DNA of 11,855 nucleotides, taken from positions 1 to 11,855 of IMG/VR virus record IMGVR_UViG_3300010259_000016, one strand, 5' to 3'. This document shows, in pieces, positions 1-6,784 of this stretch. The notes beneath the pieces were generated by a model. That model was given only the letters and a program-made list of their open reading frames with translations, made no database searches and was not told the DNA's origin. This stretch comes from a virus. Lineage: Duplodnaviria > Heunggongvirae > Uroviricota > Caudoviricetes. Position numbers and translations under genes: made by a program. Each line of letters opens with the position of its first letter. The first letter of the stretch is position 1.

Positions 1-118
1 ACTTAGTGCCACTGATTTTGTCCTCAAAAATCCGCTCACATCCCGCGCAGTTCAGTGCATTACGTTGCAAATCGGTGTTCTGGTCATTTGTTGACACGCG
101 TACATAGCCAATAAGCAT
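1..118 (-). CDS. Serine DNA invertase (Gin/Pin/Cin/Hin family), N-terminal 39 codons only; gene continues beyond the left edge
   Basis: Reverse complement of 1..118 translates from the ATG at 118..116 as MLIGYVRVSTNDQNTDLQRNALNCAGCERIFEDKISGTK. This is the conserved N-terminus of small serine invertases, including the YVRVSTNDQ motif with the catalytic serine at position 9. Too short and edge-truncated to appear in the ORF track. Confidence 0.9.
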   Translation of the reverse strand, partial: MLIGYVRVSTNDQNTDLQRNALNCAGCERIFEDKISGTK

Positions 119-173
119 GATCAATCCCCTGAATAAAAACCGGGGATGATGCCAGTTAGTCGTAATCGCTGCA

Positions 174-199
174 TTTTCTTAAACGTTGGTTTGGGAGAA
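174..199. other. Invertase crossover site 1 (gix/hix-like, 26 bp)
   Basis: TTTTCTTAAACG-TT-GGTTTGGGAGAA: two 12-bp half-sites around a central TT dinucleotide, fitting the remembered gix/hix half-site pattern TTnTCnnAAACC. The inner half-site (188..199) is the exact reverse complement of 2107..2118. Lies 56 bp upstream of the invertase start. Confidence 0.8.
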
Positions 200-646
200 G
201 GTTCAGCATTACCCGTTGGCGTGCCTGTTCCGTGGCCTTCCGCCACTCCGCCAACAGGCTGGCTGAAATGCAACGGTGCGGCTTTTTCTGCTGAAGAATA
301 CCCGGAACTGGCAAAGGCTTACCCGACAAATAAATTGCCTGATTTACGTGGTGAGTTCATTCGTGGCTGGGATGACGGAAGAGGAATAGATACTAACCGT
401 AGCTTGCTTTCGTCACAGGGAGATGCCATTCGAAATATAATTGGTGCATTAGTGGATGTCAGGTTTAATACCTACCCTTCTGATTCTGGCGTTTTTACAA
501 CCAGCGTCATCGGAGATGCTTCATCTGATTCAATTAAAGGTGGTTATGCAAAGCGAGTAACATTCGATGCTTCCAGAGTTGTTCCAACTGCAAACGAAAA
601 CCGACCTCGTAACATTGCCTTTAATTATATCGTGAGGGCTGCCTGA
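187..646 (+). CDS. Alternative tail-fibre variable C-terminal segment, silent in this orientation; has no start of its own and would be fused to the constant fibre region after inversion
   Basis: ORF 146..646 contains GLGEGSALPVGVPVPWPSATPPTGWLKCNGAAFSAEEYPELAKAYP, a tail-fibre C-terminal receptor-binding motif. The frame is continuous with the constant part of the fibre gene across the crossover site. The first 14 residues of the track ORF (MMPVSRNRCIFLNV) are outside the segment and probably not translated. Confidence 0.8.
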
Positions 647-1248
647 TGAATAAAGCCGTATTAAATAACGAACTCATTGCCATAAAAGCGGGAGACATTA
701 CCATTTATAATTATGATGGTGAAACGCGGGAATATATTTCCACATCAACTGAATATCTTGCGGTTGGCGTCGGTATCCCGGCATGTTCTTGTTTAGATGC
801 ACCAGTTACACATAAAGCTGGTTATGCAATCTGCCGTTCTGCAGATTTTAACTCATGGGAATATGTGCCAGACCATCGCGGTGAAATCATCTATAGCACT
901 GAAACAGGAGAATCGAAAGAAATCACAGCTCCGGGTGATTACCCTGAAAATACAACCACTATCGCCCCGTTAACGCCATATGATAAATGGGATGGTGAGA
1001 AATGGGTGACGGATACTGAGGCACAGCATAGTGCCGCAGTAGACGCAGCAGAAGCACAGCGCCAGTCACTGATTGATGCAGCAATGGCTTCCATTAGTCT
1101 GATTCAGCTGAAATTACAGGCCGGACGGAAACTGACGCAGGCAGAAACAACCCGACTTAACGCCGTGCTGGATTACATTGACGCGGTGACGGCAACAGAT
1201 ACCAGCACAGCGCCGGACGTCATCTGGCCTGAACTGCCGGAGGCGTAG
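646..1248 (+). CDS. Tail-fibre assembly protein (Tfa chaperone) paired with the alternative fibre end
   Basis: 200 aa. Start overlaps the stop of the preceding fibre segment (TGATG). C-terminus DYIDAVTATDTSTAPDVIWPELPEA is a Tfa-type tail. Sits directly downstream of a fibre C-terminal module. Confidence 0.85.
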   Translation: MNKAVLNNELIAIKAGDITIYNYDGETREYISTSTEYLAVGVGIPACSCLDAPVTHKAGYAICRSADFNSWEYVPDHRGEIIYSTETGESKEITAPGDYPENTTTIAPLTPYDKWDGEKWVTDTEAQHSAAVDAAEAQRQSLIDAAMASISLIQLKLQAGRKLTQAETTRLNAVLDYIDAVTATDTSTAPDVIWPELPEA

Positions 1249-1663
1249 GCCATTCAATATCTGGAGCACTGGAGGGATCAACCAGTTCCAGTGCGTCCAG
1301 ATAATCCAGCCATAAATTATATTGCTCCAGCTCGTTACCTTTCAGACGACCAATAGCAGCTTTGCCAGGCCACTGATGGGTATTGATGTAAGTATTGGCT
1401 TCTGAAACCAAAGATATTTTTTTCATTTCAGCCATCAACACCTCATCCTCTTTTGAAGGCGGTGGGGAATTAATCCATATTGGCCGTCCTGAACTGTCAG
1501 CGCCAATTTCTTTCCCTTCTGGATGCAGCCCAAGAAATTGCTCATATGTTTCTCGGGTAATTTCAATAACATCATCTGGAAGCGTTCCCGCATCCTCATA
1601 TTCTGGAAACAATTCTTGTAGATAAAAACTTTTACTTCCGGGTGAAAAGAATACTGAGTTCAT
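1220..1663 (-). CDS. Tail-fibre assembly protein (Tfa chaperone) paired with the currently expressed fibre end
   Basis: 147 aa. ATG lies 2 nt after the fibre stop codon. C-terminus DYLDALELVDPSSAPDIEWPTPPAVQAR is a Tfa-type tail. Its 3' end overlaps the opposite-strand tfa by 29 bp. Confidence 0.85.
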   Translation of the reverse strand: MNSVFFSPGSKSFYLQELFPEYEDAGTLPDDVIEITRETYEQFLGLHPEGKEIGADSSGRPIWINSPPPSKEDEVLMAEMKKISLVSEANTYINTHQWPGKAAIGRLKGNELEQYNLWLDYLDALELVDPSSAPDIEWPTPPAVQAR

Positions 1664-1665
1664 TA

Positions 1666-3168
1666 TTACCGTCCAATGATTAACGCTGAGACGCTGGTAT
1701 CTGAAGGAAAGGCTGCATTCAGTGGTTTGTCGACTTTGAATACAATCGTATTATTCCCCCGGACAGCGGCAAAAGAACAAACCGCCGTCGCGTATGAACC
1801 TGTAATATTACTGGATACACCACCATAGGCTGTTGTTGATACCAGAGGGATAACGCCCAGCACCTTATTAGGAAATACAAAGGGCAATGTGGCTGTGGCA
1901 ATATAAGACTTATTAGAACCTGTAATGGCATAAGCATTATCAGTCATTCCATTCATCGCCACTGGACCGCTTATACTTACAGTAACCATCTGAGTGATTA
2001 GCCCGTCAGGTTGACGAATCACAAAATTTCCATTGCCACCAGTAACCGTCCAGAAAGACATATCAGGGATTTGGTTTTCCCCGTTGCCCACATTCCGTTT
2101 TGCCGCTTCTCCCAAACCAAGGTATGCGAGAAGACCAGCTACATCCTTTCCACTCAAATTGGTAAGCGTATTGTCCAGCGGTTGTTTACCTGCCAGCGCA
2201 TTAAGCATTGTCGTGGCAAAGTTCGGATCATTCCCCAGTGCCGCCGCCAGTTCGTTCAGTGTATCCAGTGCCGCAGGTGCAGAACCCACCATTGCTGCAA
2301 TCGCTGATTTCACAAAAGCTGTAGTGGCAATCTGTGTATTGTTGACCGACTGTGCCGCAGTAGGTGCTGTTGGCGTTCCGGTGAGTGCCGGACTCGACAG
2401 CGGTGCTTTTAGTGCCAGCGTATTGTTAATGGTGGTACTGAATTTCGGGTCATTGTTAATGGCTGCGGCAATTTCTTTCAGTGTGTCCAGCGTGGCTGGC
2501 GCACCGTTAATCAGAGCAGTAATAGCGGCCTGAACAAACTCAGTGGTCGCAATCCGCGTGGTGTTATTTCCTGCTGCAGGCGTCGGCGCTTTTGGTTCTC
2601 CGGTAAATGTCGGATTATGTTTCTGCGCATACTGGGTATGAGGATCTTGTGCGGCAATGTGGTTTCTCATCTGGTCATCCACATACAGCTTTAATTCCAG
2701 GACTTCATCATCCACATATTTACGGGTTGCCAGCACTACAGCAGGGTCGATTTTCAGGGTGATTTTGTCCGTACTGCTGGTAATCAGCACCATGCGCACG
2801 GTCTGGGTGCGCCCGCTGCCTTCAGCCAGTTGCGGCTTATAGCTTTCCGGGCAGTTGCCCACGGCAATCAATGCCCCGGACTCATCAAACAGGCCCACTT
2901 CACGTATCCACCAACCGCCCTCGTTTTCAGGGATCACCTGTTCAGCAATAATCTGGCTGCTGTTCTGCGGGTCGATATAAAGCATATTCAGCGCAGCCCG
3001 GCGTTTCTCATTTACCAGTGCCGTCTGCTTTGCGTCCGGCGTTGGCAATACTCCGCCGCCATCGCCCACCGCCATATGGGTAATTTTTAGCGGCACACCG
3101 AGCGCGGCGGCGCTGGCAAGTTTCGCCGCGCCAATATCCGTCAGCAGGGTATAAAATTTTGTGCTCAT
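1666..3168 (-). CDS. H: Tail fibre protein (P2 gpH-like): constant N-terminal part 2120..3168, currently fused to the variable C-terminal part 1666..2119
   Basis: 500 aa. N-terminus MSTKFYTLLTDIGAAKLASAAALGVPLKITHMAVGDGGG...ESYKPQLAEGSGRTQTVRMV matches the P2 gpH N-terminal anchor as I remember it. Internal tandem repeats are present. The crossover site falls in codons 350..354 (LGLGE). Confidence 0.9.
   Translation of the reverse strand: MSTKFYTLLTDIGAAKLASAAALGVPLKITHMAVGDGGGVLPTPDAKQTALVNEKRRAALNMLYIDPQNSSQIIAEQVIPENEGGWWIREVGLFDESGALIAVGNCPESYKPQLAEGSGRTQTVRMVLITSSTDKITLKIDPAVVLATRKYVDDEVLELKLYVDDQMRNHIAAQDPHTQYAQKHNPTFTGEPKAPTPAAGNNTTRIATTEFVQAAITALINGAPATLDTLKEIAAAINNDPKFSTTINNTLALKAPLSSPALTGTPTAPTAAQSVNNTQIATTAFVKSAIAAMVGSAPAALDTLNELAAALGNDPNFATTMLNALAGKQPLDNTLTNLSGKDVAGLLAYLGLGEAAKRNVGNGENQIPDMSFWTVTGGNGNFVIRQPDGLITQMVTVSISGPVAMNGMTDNAYAITGSNKSYIATATLPFVFPNKVLGVIPLVSTTAYGGVSSNITGSYATAVCSFAAVRGNNTIVFKVDKPLNAAFPSDTSVSALIIGR
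2107..2132. other. Invertase crossover site 2 (gix/hix-like, 26 bp), inside the tail-fibre coding sequence
   Basis: TTCTCCCAAACC-AA-GGTATGCGAGAA. The inner half-site and central dinucleotide are the exact reverse complement of site 1 (188..199 plus TT at 186..187). Confidence 0.8.
2179..2583 (-). repeat. Internal tandem duplication within the tail-fibre gene (two copies of about 60-70 codons)
   Basis: Protein repeats TTRIATTEFVQAAITALINGAPATLDTLKEIAAAINNDPKFSTTINNTLALKAP and NTQIATTAFVKSAIAAMVGSAPAALDTLNELAAALGNDPNFATTMLNALAGKQP. The corresponding DNA is visibly similar (for example gtggcaatctgtgtattgttgac versus ggtcgcaatccgcgtggtgttatt). Confidence 0.7.
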
Positions 3169-3770
3169 GGATTCACTCTCATTGTGTCAATAACATGGAC
3201 CGCCCCGCCTTCATGCGCGGTGCCACCGGAAATAATCGTTTCGTTGATATACGGATAGATCGTGATTTCTTCGCCAAGATAGCTGGCGGCTCCCACCCAA
3301 TGCGGGCCGCTGGTCTGCAGATTGATGGACATGCCGATCATGTGGCGGCTACATGGTTTGGCATCGCTTATCAGTCGCTCAAGTTCCAGATAGGTATCTT
3401 CAGTGATGCCCTGGTCCTGCACGCCGATATCCAGGCGAAACGTGCCCGGTGCCTCTCCGGTCTGCCACCACTCAATAATGCGGATCAGAAAGCCGAACGG
3501 CTCCACCACCCGCCGCACGGCACTGGTGGTCCCTTTATGCTGATGAATATAAAAAGCATCCTTCACCACCTGGCGCTTGACGCTTTCTGTCCAGCCCTCG
3601 TCCCAGCGATCCACAGAGAACGCCCAGGCGAGATAAGGCAGGAAACTGACCGGACAGGTTGCCGGATTCCACAAGTCACGAAGCGGCACCTGCAGATCAG
3701 AAATCCCGCTGCAGGTTTGCGCCAGTCGGCGCTCCAGTGGTGTTGAACCCGGTGGCAGCAGACTATTCAT
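3165..3770 (-). CDS. I: Baseplate/tail protein I (P2 gpI-like)
   Basis: 201 aa. Position between the baseplate J gene and the tail fibre gene, overlapping the fibre start by 4 nt (ATGA). Sequence MNSLLPPGSTPLERRLAQT...FLPYLAWAFSVDRWDEGW is typical of P2 gpI-family proteins. Confidence 0.8.
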   Translation of the reverse strand: MNSLLPPGSTPLERRLAQTCSGISDLQVPLRDLWNPATCPVSFLPYLAWAFSVDRWDEGWTESVKRQVVKDAFYIHQHKGTTSAVRRVVEPFGFLIRIIEWWQTGEAPGTFRLDIGVQDQGITEDTYLELERLISDAKPCSRHMIGMSINLQTSGPHWVGAASYLGEEITIYPYINETIISGGTAHEGGAVHVIDTMRVNP

Positions 3771-4671
3771 CCGTTCCTCCGTTGGTTACGCTCCACTGCG
3801 TACATGATGCCGCCTGTGTTTTGTTCAGGACCACATCCGCCAGAGGAGAAGCCAGCTCCACACGCTGCACACCCTCAACATGCAGGGAGGCAAAGATGGC
3901 GCTACGGCGAATATCCCGACCAAGACGCGTCTGACTGGCGATGTACTTCTGCAGGCTGGCTTTTGCCGCTGCCATTACCGGCTCTGCTTCCGGTCCAGGA
4001 TAGAGAAAAATGGTGGCTTCCACGCGATACGGGATGATTTCTGCGCTGCGAACCGTAAGACGGTCAGCCACCGGGCGGACGTTCTCACTGTTCAGAGCTT
4101 TTTCCACCACGTCCAGCAGGTCTTTTTCTGCGGTTCCATCGCCTTCGCGGCTAAGGACAGTCAGCACCACCTCTGCAGGTGCCGGGCTGGTTGCACTGAC
4201 ATCCGCCACCCGACCGTCGGCGCTTCGGGCATGAAATTCATAAGCTGCAGTTGGCCCCGCAACTGAAAGCCCTTCAAAGGCTGCAGGCACACGCAGGCGT
4301 AACGCTTCATCGCTTTCCATCACAGCTGCAACGGGCGGCACAGCGTCATTATCAGCAGGCGTCACCGTCAGGCGTTTCACGTTGTAGTTGGCAGCGAGCT
4401 GGTCAAGATCGCTGCCCATCGCGTAAGCCACCATCACAGCCTGCGCGGCTTCGTTAATGCGCTGGCGCAGAAGCAACTCACGGTAAGCGTTCTCCTGCAG
4501 CAATTTGGTGACGGGTTCAGATTCCAGTTCCAGCGTACGGATCACTGCTTCCTGCTCATCTTTCGGATGAAGCGCCACAAATTCGGCCTTGCGTTCGGCA
4601 AGCAGCGTCTCAAAGTCCGGCACATCCACAATCTGCGGCGCAGGCAACTGCGAAAGGTCAATCACTGCCAT
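3763..4671 (-). CDS. J: Baseplate wedge protein J (P2 gpJ-like)
   Basis: Track ORF 3763..4710. The likely start is the internal Met at 4671 (MAVIDLSQLPAPQIVDVPDFETLLAERKA...), preceded by an AGGAG Shine-Dalgarno; this matches the remembered P2 gpJ N-terminus. C-terminus ...RVELASPLADVVLNKTQAASCTQWSVTNGGTDE. Confidence 0.9.
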   Translation of the reverse strand: MAVIDLSQLPAPQIVDVPDFETLLAERKAEFVALHPKDEQEAVIRTLELESEPVTKLLQENAYRELLLRQRINEAAQAVMVAYAMGSDLDQLAANYNVKRLTVTPADNDAVPPVAAVMESDEALRLRVPAAFEGLSVAGPTAAYEFHARSADGRVADVSATSPAPAEVVLTVLSREGDGTAEKDLLDVVEKALNSENVRPVADRLTVRSAEIIPYRVEATIFLYPGPEAEPVMAAAKASLQKYIASQTRLGRDIRRSAIFASLHVEGVQRVELASPLADVVLNKTQAASCTQWSVTNGGTDE

Positions 4672-5017
4672 TCTCTGCTCCTGTTGATACGGAAAGGGAA
4701 ACGGGCACACCGTTATTACGCCGCCCGCTCAGCGCCACCACCATTGAACCGTCAAAATTGCTGTTGATGGTGATGGAATCCAGCGTCATCCGTGGCTCCC
4801 AGCGACTCAGCGCCACATACACTGCCGACATGACCTGCAGGCGTAATGCCGGATTTTGTGGCTGGTCTATTAGCGACGACAGCAGGGAACCATATTCACG
4901 ACGAGCAATGCGGCTACCCTGCGGCGTCAGCAGAATGTCCCGCACCGACTGGCGCAGATGGTCAATATCAGTAATGACTTTGCCGCTGGTATTGTTCATC
5001 CCGCTATAAAGCGTCAT
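4658..5017 (-). CDS. W: Baseplate assembly protein W (gpW / gp25-like)
   Basis: 119 aa. Lies between V and J with overlapping start and stop codons. Size and sequence (...ILLTPQGSRIARREYGSLLSSLID...) fit the GPW/gp25 family. Confidence 0.85.
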   Translation of the reverse strand: MTLYSGMNNTSGKVITDIDHLRQSVRDILLTPQGSRIARREYGSLLSSLIDQPQNPALRLQVMSAVYVALSRWEPRMTLDSITINSNFDGSMVVALSGRRNNGVPVSLSVSTGAENGSD

Positions 5018-5592
5018 ACCGGGCCTCCGGTTGTATCGCCGCCTTTCAGGACGCCAGTATGCTGATGCGCATCAACCACGATCCCGTTAGAACTCATCGC
5101 TCCGCCTCCCTGGGTAACGCCACCATTGATCACCACTTCGCTGTTAATGCGCGTGCGGTCAGCCTCCAGTACAAACTCACTGGTTTTCATGGTGATGTTG
5201 TCAGCGGCCTCAATGACCATTGATTTGATGCCCCTGACATACCAGCGCCCGGTGGCGGGTTCGTATTCAAACCAGCCACCGTCAGGATGTTCTGTCACGC
5301 AGGCGTCCGCCGACGTCGACGGTGGCGCGAACTGATTCGAATAGATGGCGGGTAACGCAAAGGCGGTTTCCAGATTGCCGCCCAGACTCAGCAGCACCAC
5401 CTGCTCACCTTCCGATGGTCGCCACCATGTGCGGGCATTCCCGGCACGCAGCGTCAGCCAGCTGATCCAGTTGGTTTCAAGCTCGCCCGTTTTCACCCGG
5501 CAAAGCCAGTTTTCCCTGTCCACTTCGGTGACTACCCCTGTGCGGATCAGGTTGGTGATAAGGCGCATGATTTCGGTTAATTGTGCGTTCAT
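5014..5592 (-). CDS. V: Baseplate assembly/spike protein V (P2 gpV-like)
   Basis: 192 aa. MNAQLTEIMRLITNLIRTGVVTEVDRENWLCRVKTGELETNWISWLTLRAGNARTWWRPSEGEQV resembles the P2 gpV N-terminus. C-terminal ...HQHTGVLKGGDTTGGPV. Confidence 0.85.
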   Translation of the reverse strand: MNAQLTEIMRLITNLIRTGVVTEVDRENWLCRVKTGELETNWISWLTLRAGNARTWWRPSEGEQVVLLSLGGNLETAFALPAIYSNQFAPPSTSADACVTEHPDGGWFEYEPATGRWYVRGIKSMVIEAADNITMKTSEFVLEADRTRINSEVVINGGVTQGGGAMSSNGIVVDAHQHTGVLKGGDTTGGPV

Positions 5593-5637
5593 AGGGAAAG
5601 GTTGCCATCAGGGGAAGAAAGGCGGCAGTGCTGCAAC

Positions 5638-5655
5638 TTGTATCAGTGCTGATAC
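5638..5655. promoter_or_regulatory. TGT-N12-ACA dyad in the S-V intergenic gap; candidate Ogr/Delta-type late-promoter activator site (P_V-like) for the V-W-J-I-H operon
   Basis: TGTATCAGTGCTGATACA is a near-perfect palindrome matching the P2 late-promoter activator motif, located in the only gap (5593..5660) between S and V. Confidence 0.5.
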
Positions 5656-5660
5656 AAAGA

Positions 5661-6107
5661 TCACCCCGCCAGCCATTGCAGAATCATGTCGCGGGTCATT
5701 GCCTCAACATCATCATTTACACCCAGCAGGCGGCGCTCTGCGTAACGGACCTCCGGTCCTTTGCGACTGACGCGATCACGCAGGCCGTAATGGTGAACAC
5801 GGGCAATACGCTGCACCTTGCCTTCAAACTGTACGCTGGCAGAGTCGGCGCTGGCGGCAGTTTTCAGGTATTTTGTGGTGCGCAGCTTTGCAAACATCTG
5901 ACGTTTGATGCGCCCCTTCTTGCTGCGTGCTGTTACCCTGCGCGGTTCATAACTGCTGCCATCTGGATTGCGCTGCATCCTGATATTCTGCTGCTGTGTC
6001 CGGCGCAGTTCCTGCGCCAGCTGGCGCATCATGCGGCTTCTCGTGTCTGGTTCCAGATTCGCCAGCAAGGCACTCAGCCAGTCGTCCACCTTCTGCAGTT
6101 CAGCCAC
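5661..6107 (-). CDS. S: Tail completion protein S (P2 gpS-like virion morphogenesis protein)
   Basis: 148 aa. Position after R and before V. Sequence MAELQKVDDWLSALLANLEPDTRSRMMRQLAQELRR... is typical of the phage virion morphogenesis family. Confidence 0.8.
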   Translation of the reverse strand: MAELQKVDDWLSALLANLEPDTRSRMMRQLAQELRRTQQQNIRMQRNPDGSSYEPRRVTARSKKGRIKRQMFAKLRTTKYLKTAASADSASVQFEGKVQRIARVHHYGLRDRVSRKGPEVRYAERRLLGVNDDVEAMTRDMILQWLAG

Positions 6108-6552
6108 GTTTCACCGTCCACATTTCTTCAGGTTCATCGGGTTCTGCTACAGCTTCAACGCTCGACACACTGCCGTCAGTGCTGACCAGCACACGTTCCG
6201 TCAGTTGCAGGTTAAGGCTGATATCACAGACATCGTTGCGCAAAATATCCACATCAAAGGTGAATAGCTTTTCCCGTAACGCCGGGTTATTGATGGCATC
6301 GGGCTGGTTATCCCGAAGCCACAGTAAAACCGGGGCCATCAGCAGATTCTGGTCGCCGCTGAAATCCTCTATCACCACGTTCAGGGTATAGCGGTACTCC
6401 CATGACATGGAGCTGGCCCCCGTGGCAACCAGCGAACCGTTATCCACAAACAGATGCAGTTTGTCCGGGTTATTGCGGACATAAGGCACCGCTTTATTGA
6501 GGGCGTGGCGAAGGGATTGTGGTTTGTTCACTGTTTCGCTCCTGACACGCAA
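6100..6552 (-). CDS. R: Tail completion protein R (P2 gpR-like)
   Basis: 150 aa. Motif LFVDNGSLVATGASSMSWEYRYTLNVVIEDFSGD...LLWLRDNQPD matches gpR-family proteins. Overlaps the S start by 8 nt. Confidence 0.8.
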   Translation of the reverse strand: MRVRSETVNKPQSLRHALNKAVPYVRNNPDKLHLFVDNGSLVATGASSMSWEYRYTLNVVIEDFSGDQNLLMAPVLLWLRDNQPDAINNPALREKLFTFDVDILRNDVCDISLNLQLTERVLVSTDGSVSSVEAVAEPDEPEEMWTVKRG

Positions 6553-6784
6553 TAATCATGTCCACTTTGTCTGCACAGACCGCCCAGGCGGCCTCCGTTT
6601 CATCCAGCAACGCGTTCAGGTCACCGTTAGTGCGCGGCGCTGCCTGCCCCAGCCGACACGGCGTCACTCGCGGACAACCACTGACGGTAAGCTGCACCTC
6701 CGGTGAGTGTGGGGCGTTCCCGCAGCCGGATAATGTCAGCAGGCAAAGGAGTATCAGCCCAGCGGCGTAAATCCTCGTTCTCAC
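6494..6784 (-). CDS. lysC: Outer-membrane spanin lipoprotein (LysC / Rz1-like), nested in another frame within lysB and running into R
   Basis: 96 aa. MRTRIYAAGLILLCLLTLSGCGN... has a signal peptide followed by an LSGC lipobox. Proline-rich. Embedded out of frame in the i-spanin gene as in P2 lysB/lysC. Confidence 0.7.
   Translation of the reverse strand: MRTRIYAAGLILLCLLTLSGCGNAPHSPEVQLTVSGCPRVTPCRLGQAAPRTNGDLNALLDETEAAWAVCADKVDMIIACQERNSEQTTIPSPRPQ

Larger units (their letters stand above)
187..2119. other. Invertible DNA segment (Mu G-segment-like) carrying two alternative tail-fibre C-terminal modules and two tail-fibre assembly genes
   Basis: Bounded by inverted crossover sites at 174..199 and 2107..2132. 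Contents are arranged as mirror-image modules: variable fibre end plus tfa on the + strand (187..1248) and tfa plus variable fibre end on the - strand (1220..2119). Confidence 0.75.

Noticed and set aside
146-186. The two ATG codons at 146 and 149 that open the track ORF 146..646, as an independent start for the plus-strand fibre module
   Set aside because: These codons lie outside the invertible segment and inside the left crossover site and invertase upstream region. The module has the hallmarks of a start-less variable end that is expressed only when fused to the constant fibre region.
1401-1424. Half-site-like sequence TTCTGAAACC-AA-AGATATTTTTTT inside the minus-strand tfa gene, as a possible third crossover site
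   Set aside because: Only one half resembles the site consensus; the other half does not, and no partner site is apparent. It is most likely a chance match within coding sequence (KKISLVSEA).
2011-3090. Several plus-strand ORFs (2011..2307, 2033..2533, 2657..2842, 2830..3090) inside the tail-fibre gene
   Set aside because: All are antisense to the fibre gene, which has strong N-terminal homology and internal repeats. The Ala/Ser-rich translations mirror the fibre repeats on the opposite strand.
3159-3746. Plus-strand 195-aa ORF antisense to the baseplate I gene
   Set aside because: It lies entirely within a well-supported minus-strand gene. The product is Arg/His/Cys-rich and low-complexity, typical of antisense frames in GC-rich DNA.
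5628-6267. Plus-strand ORFs (5628..6185, 5968..6267, 5996..6391) antisense to the S and R genes
   Set aside because: All overlap conserved tail-completion genes on the other strand and show no recognisable motifs or start signals.
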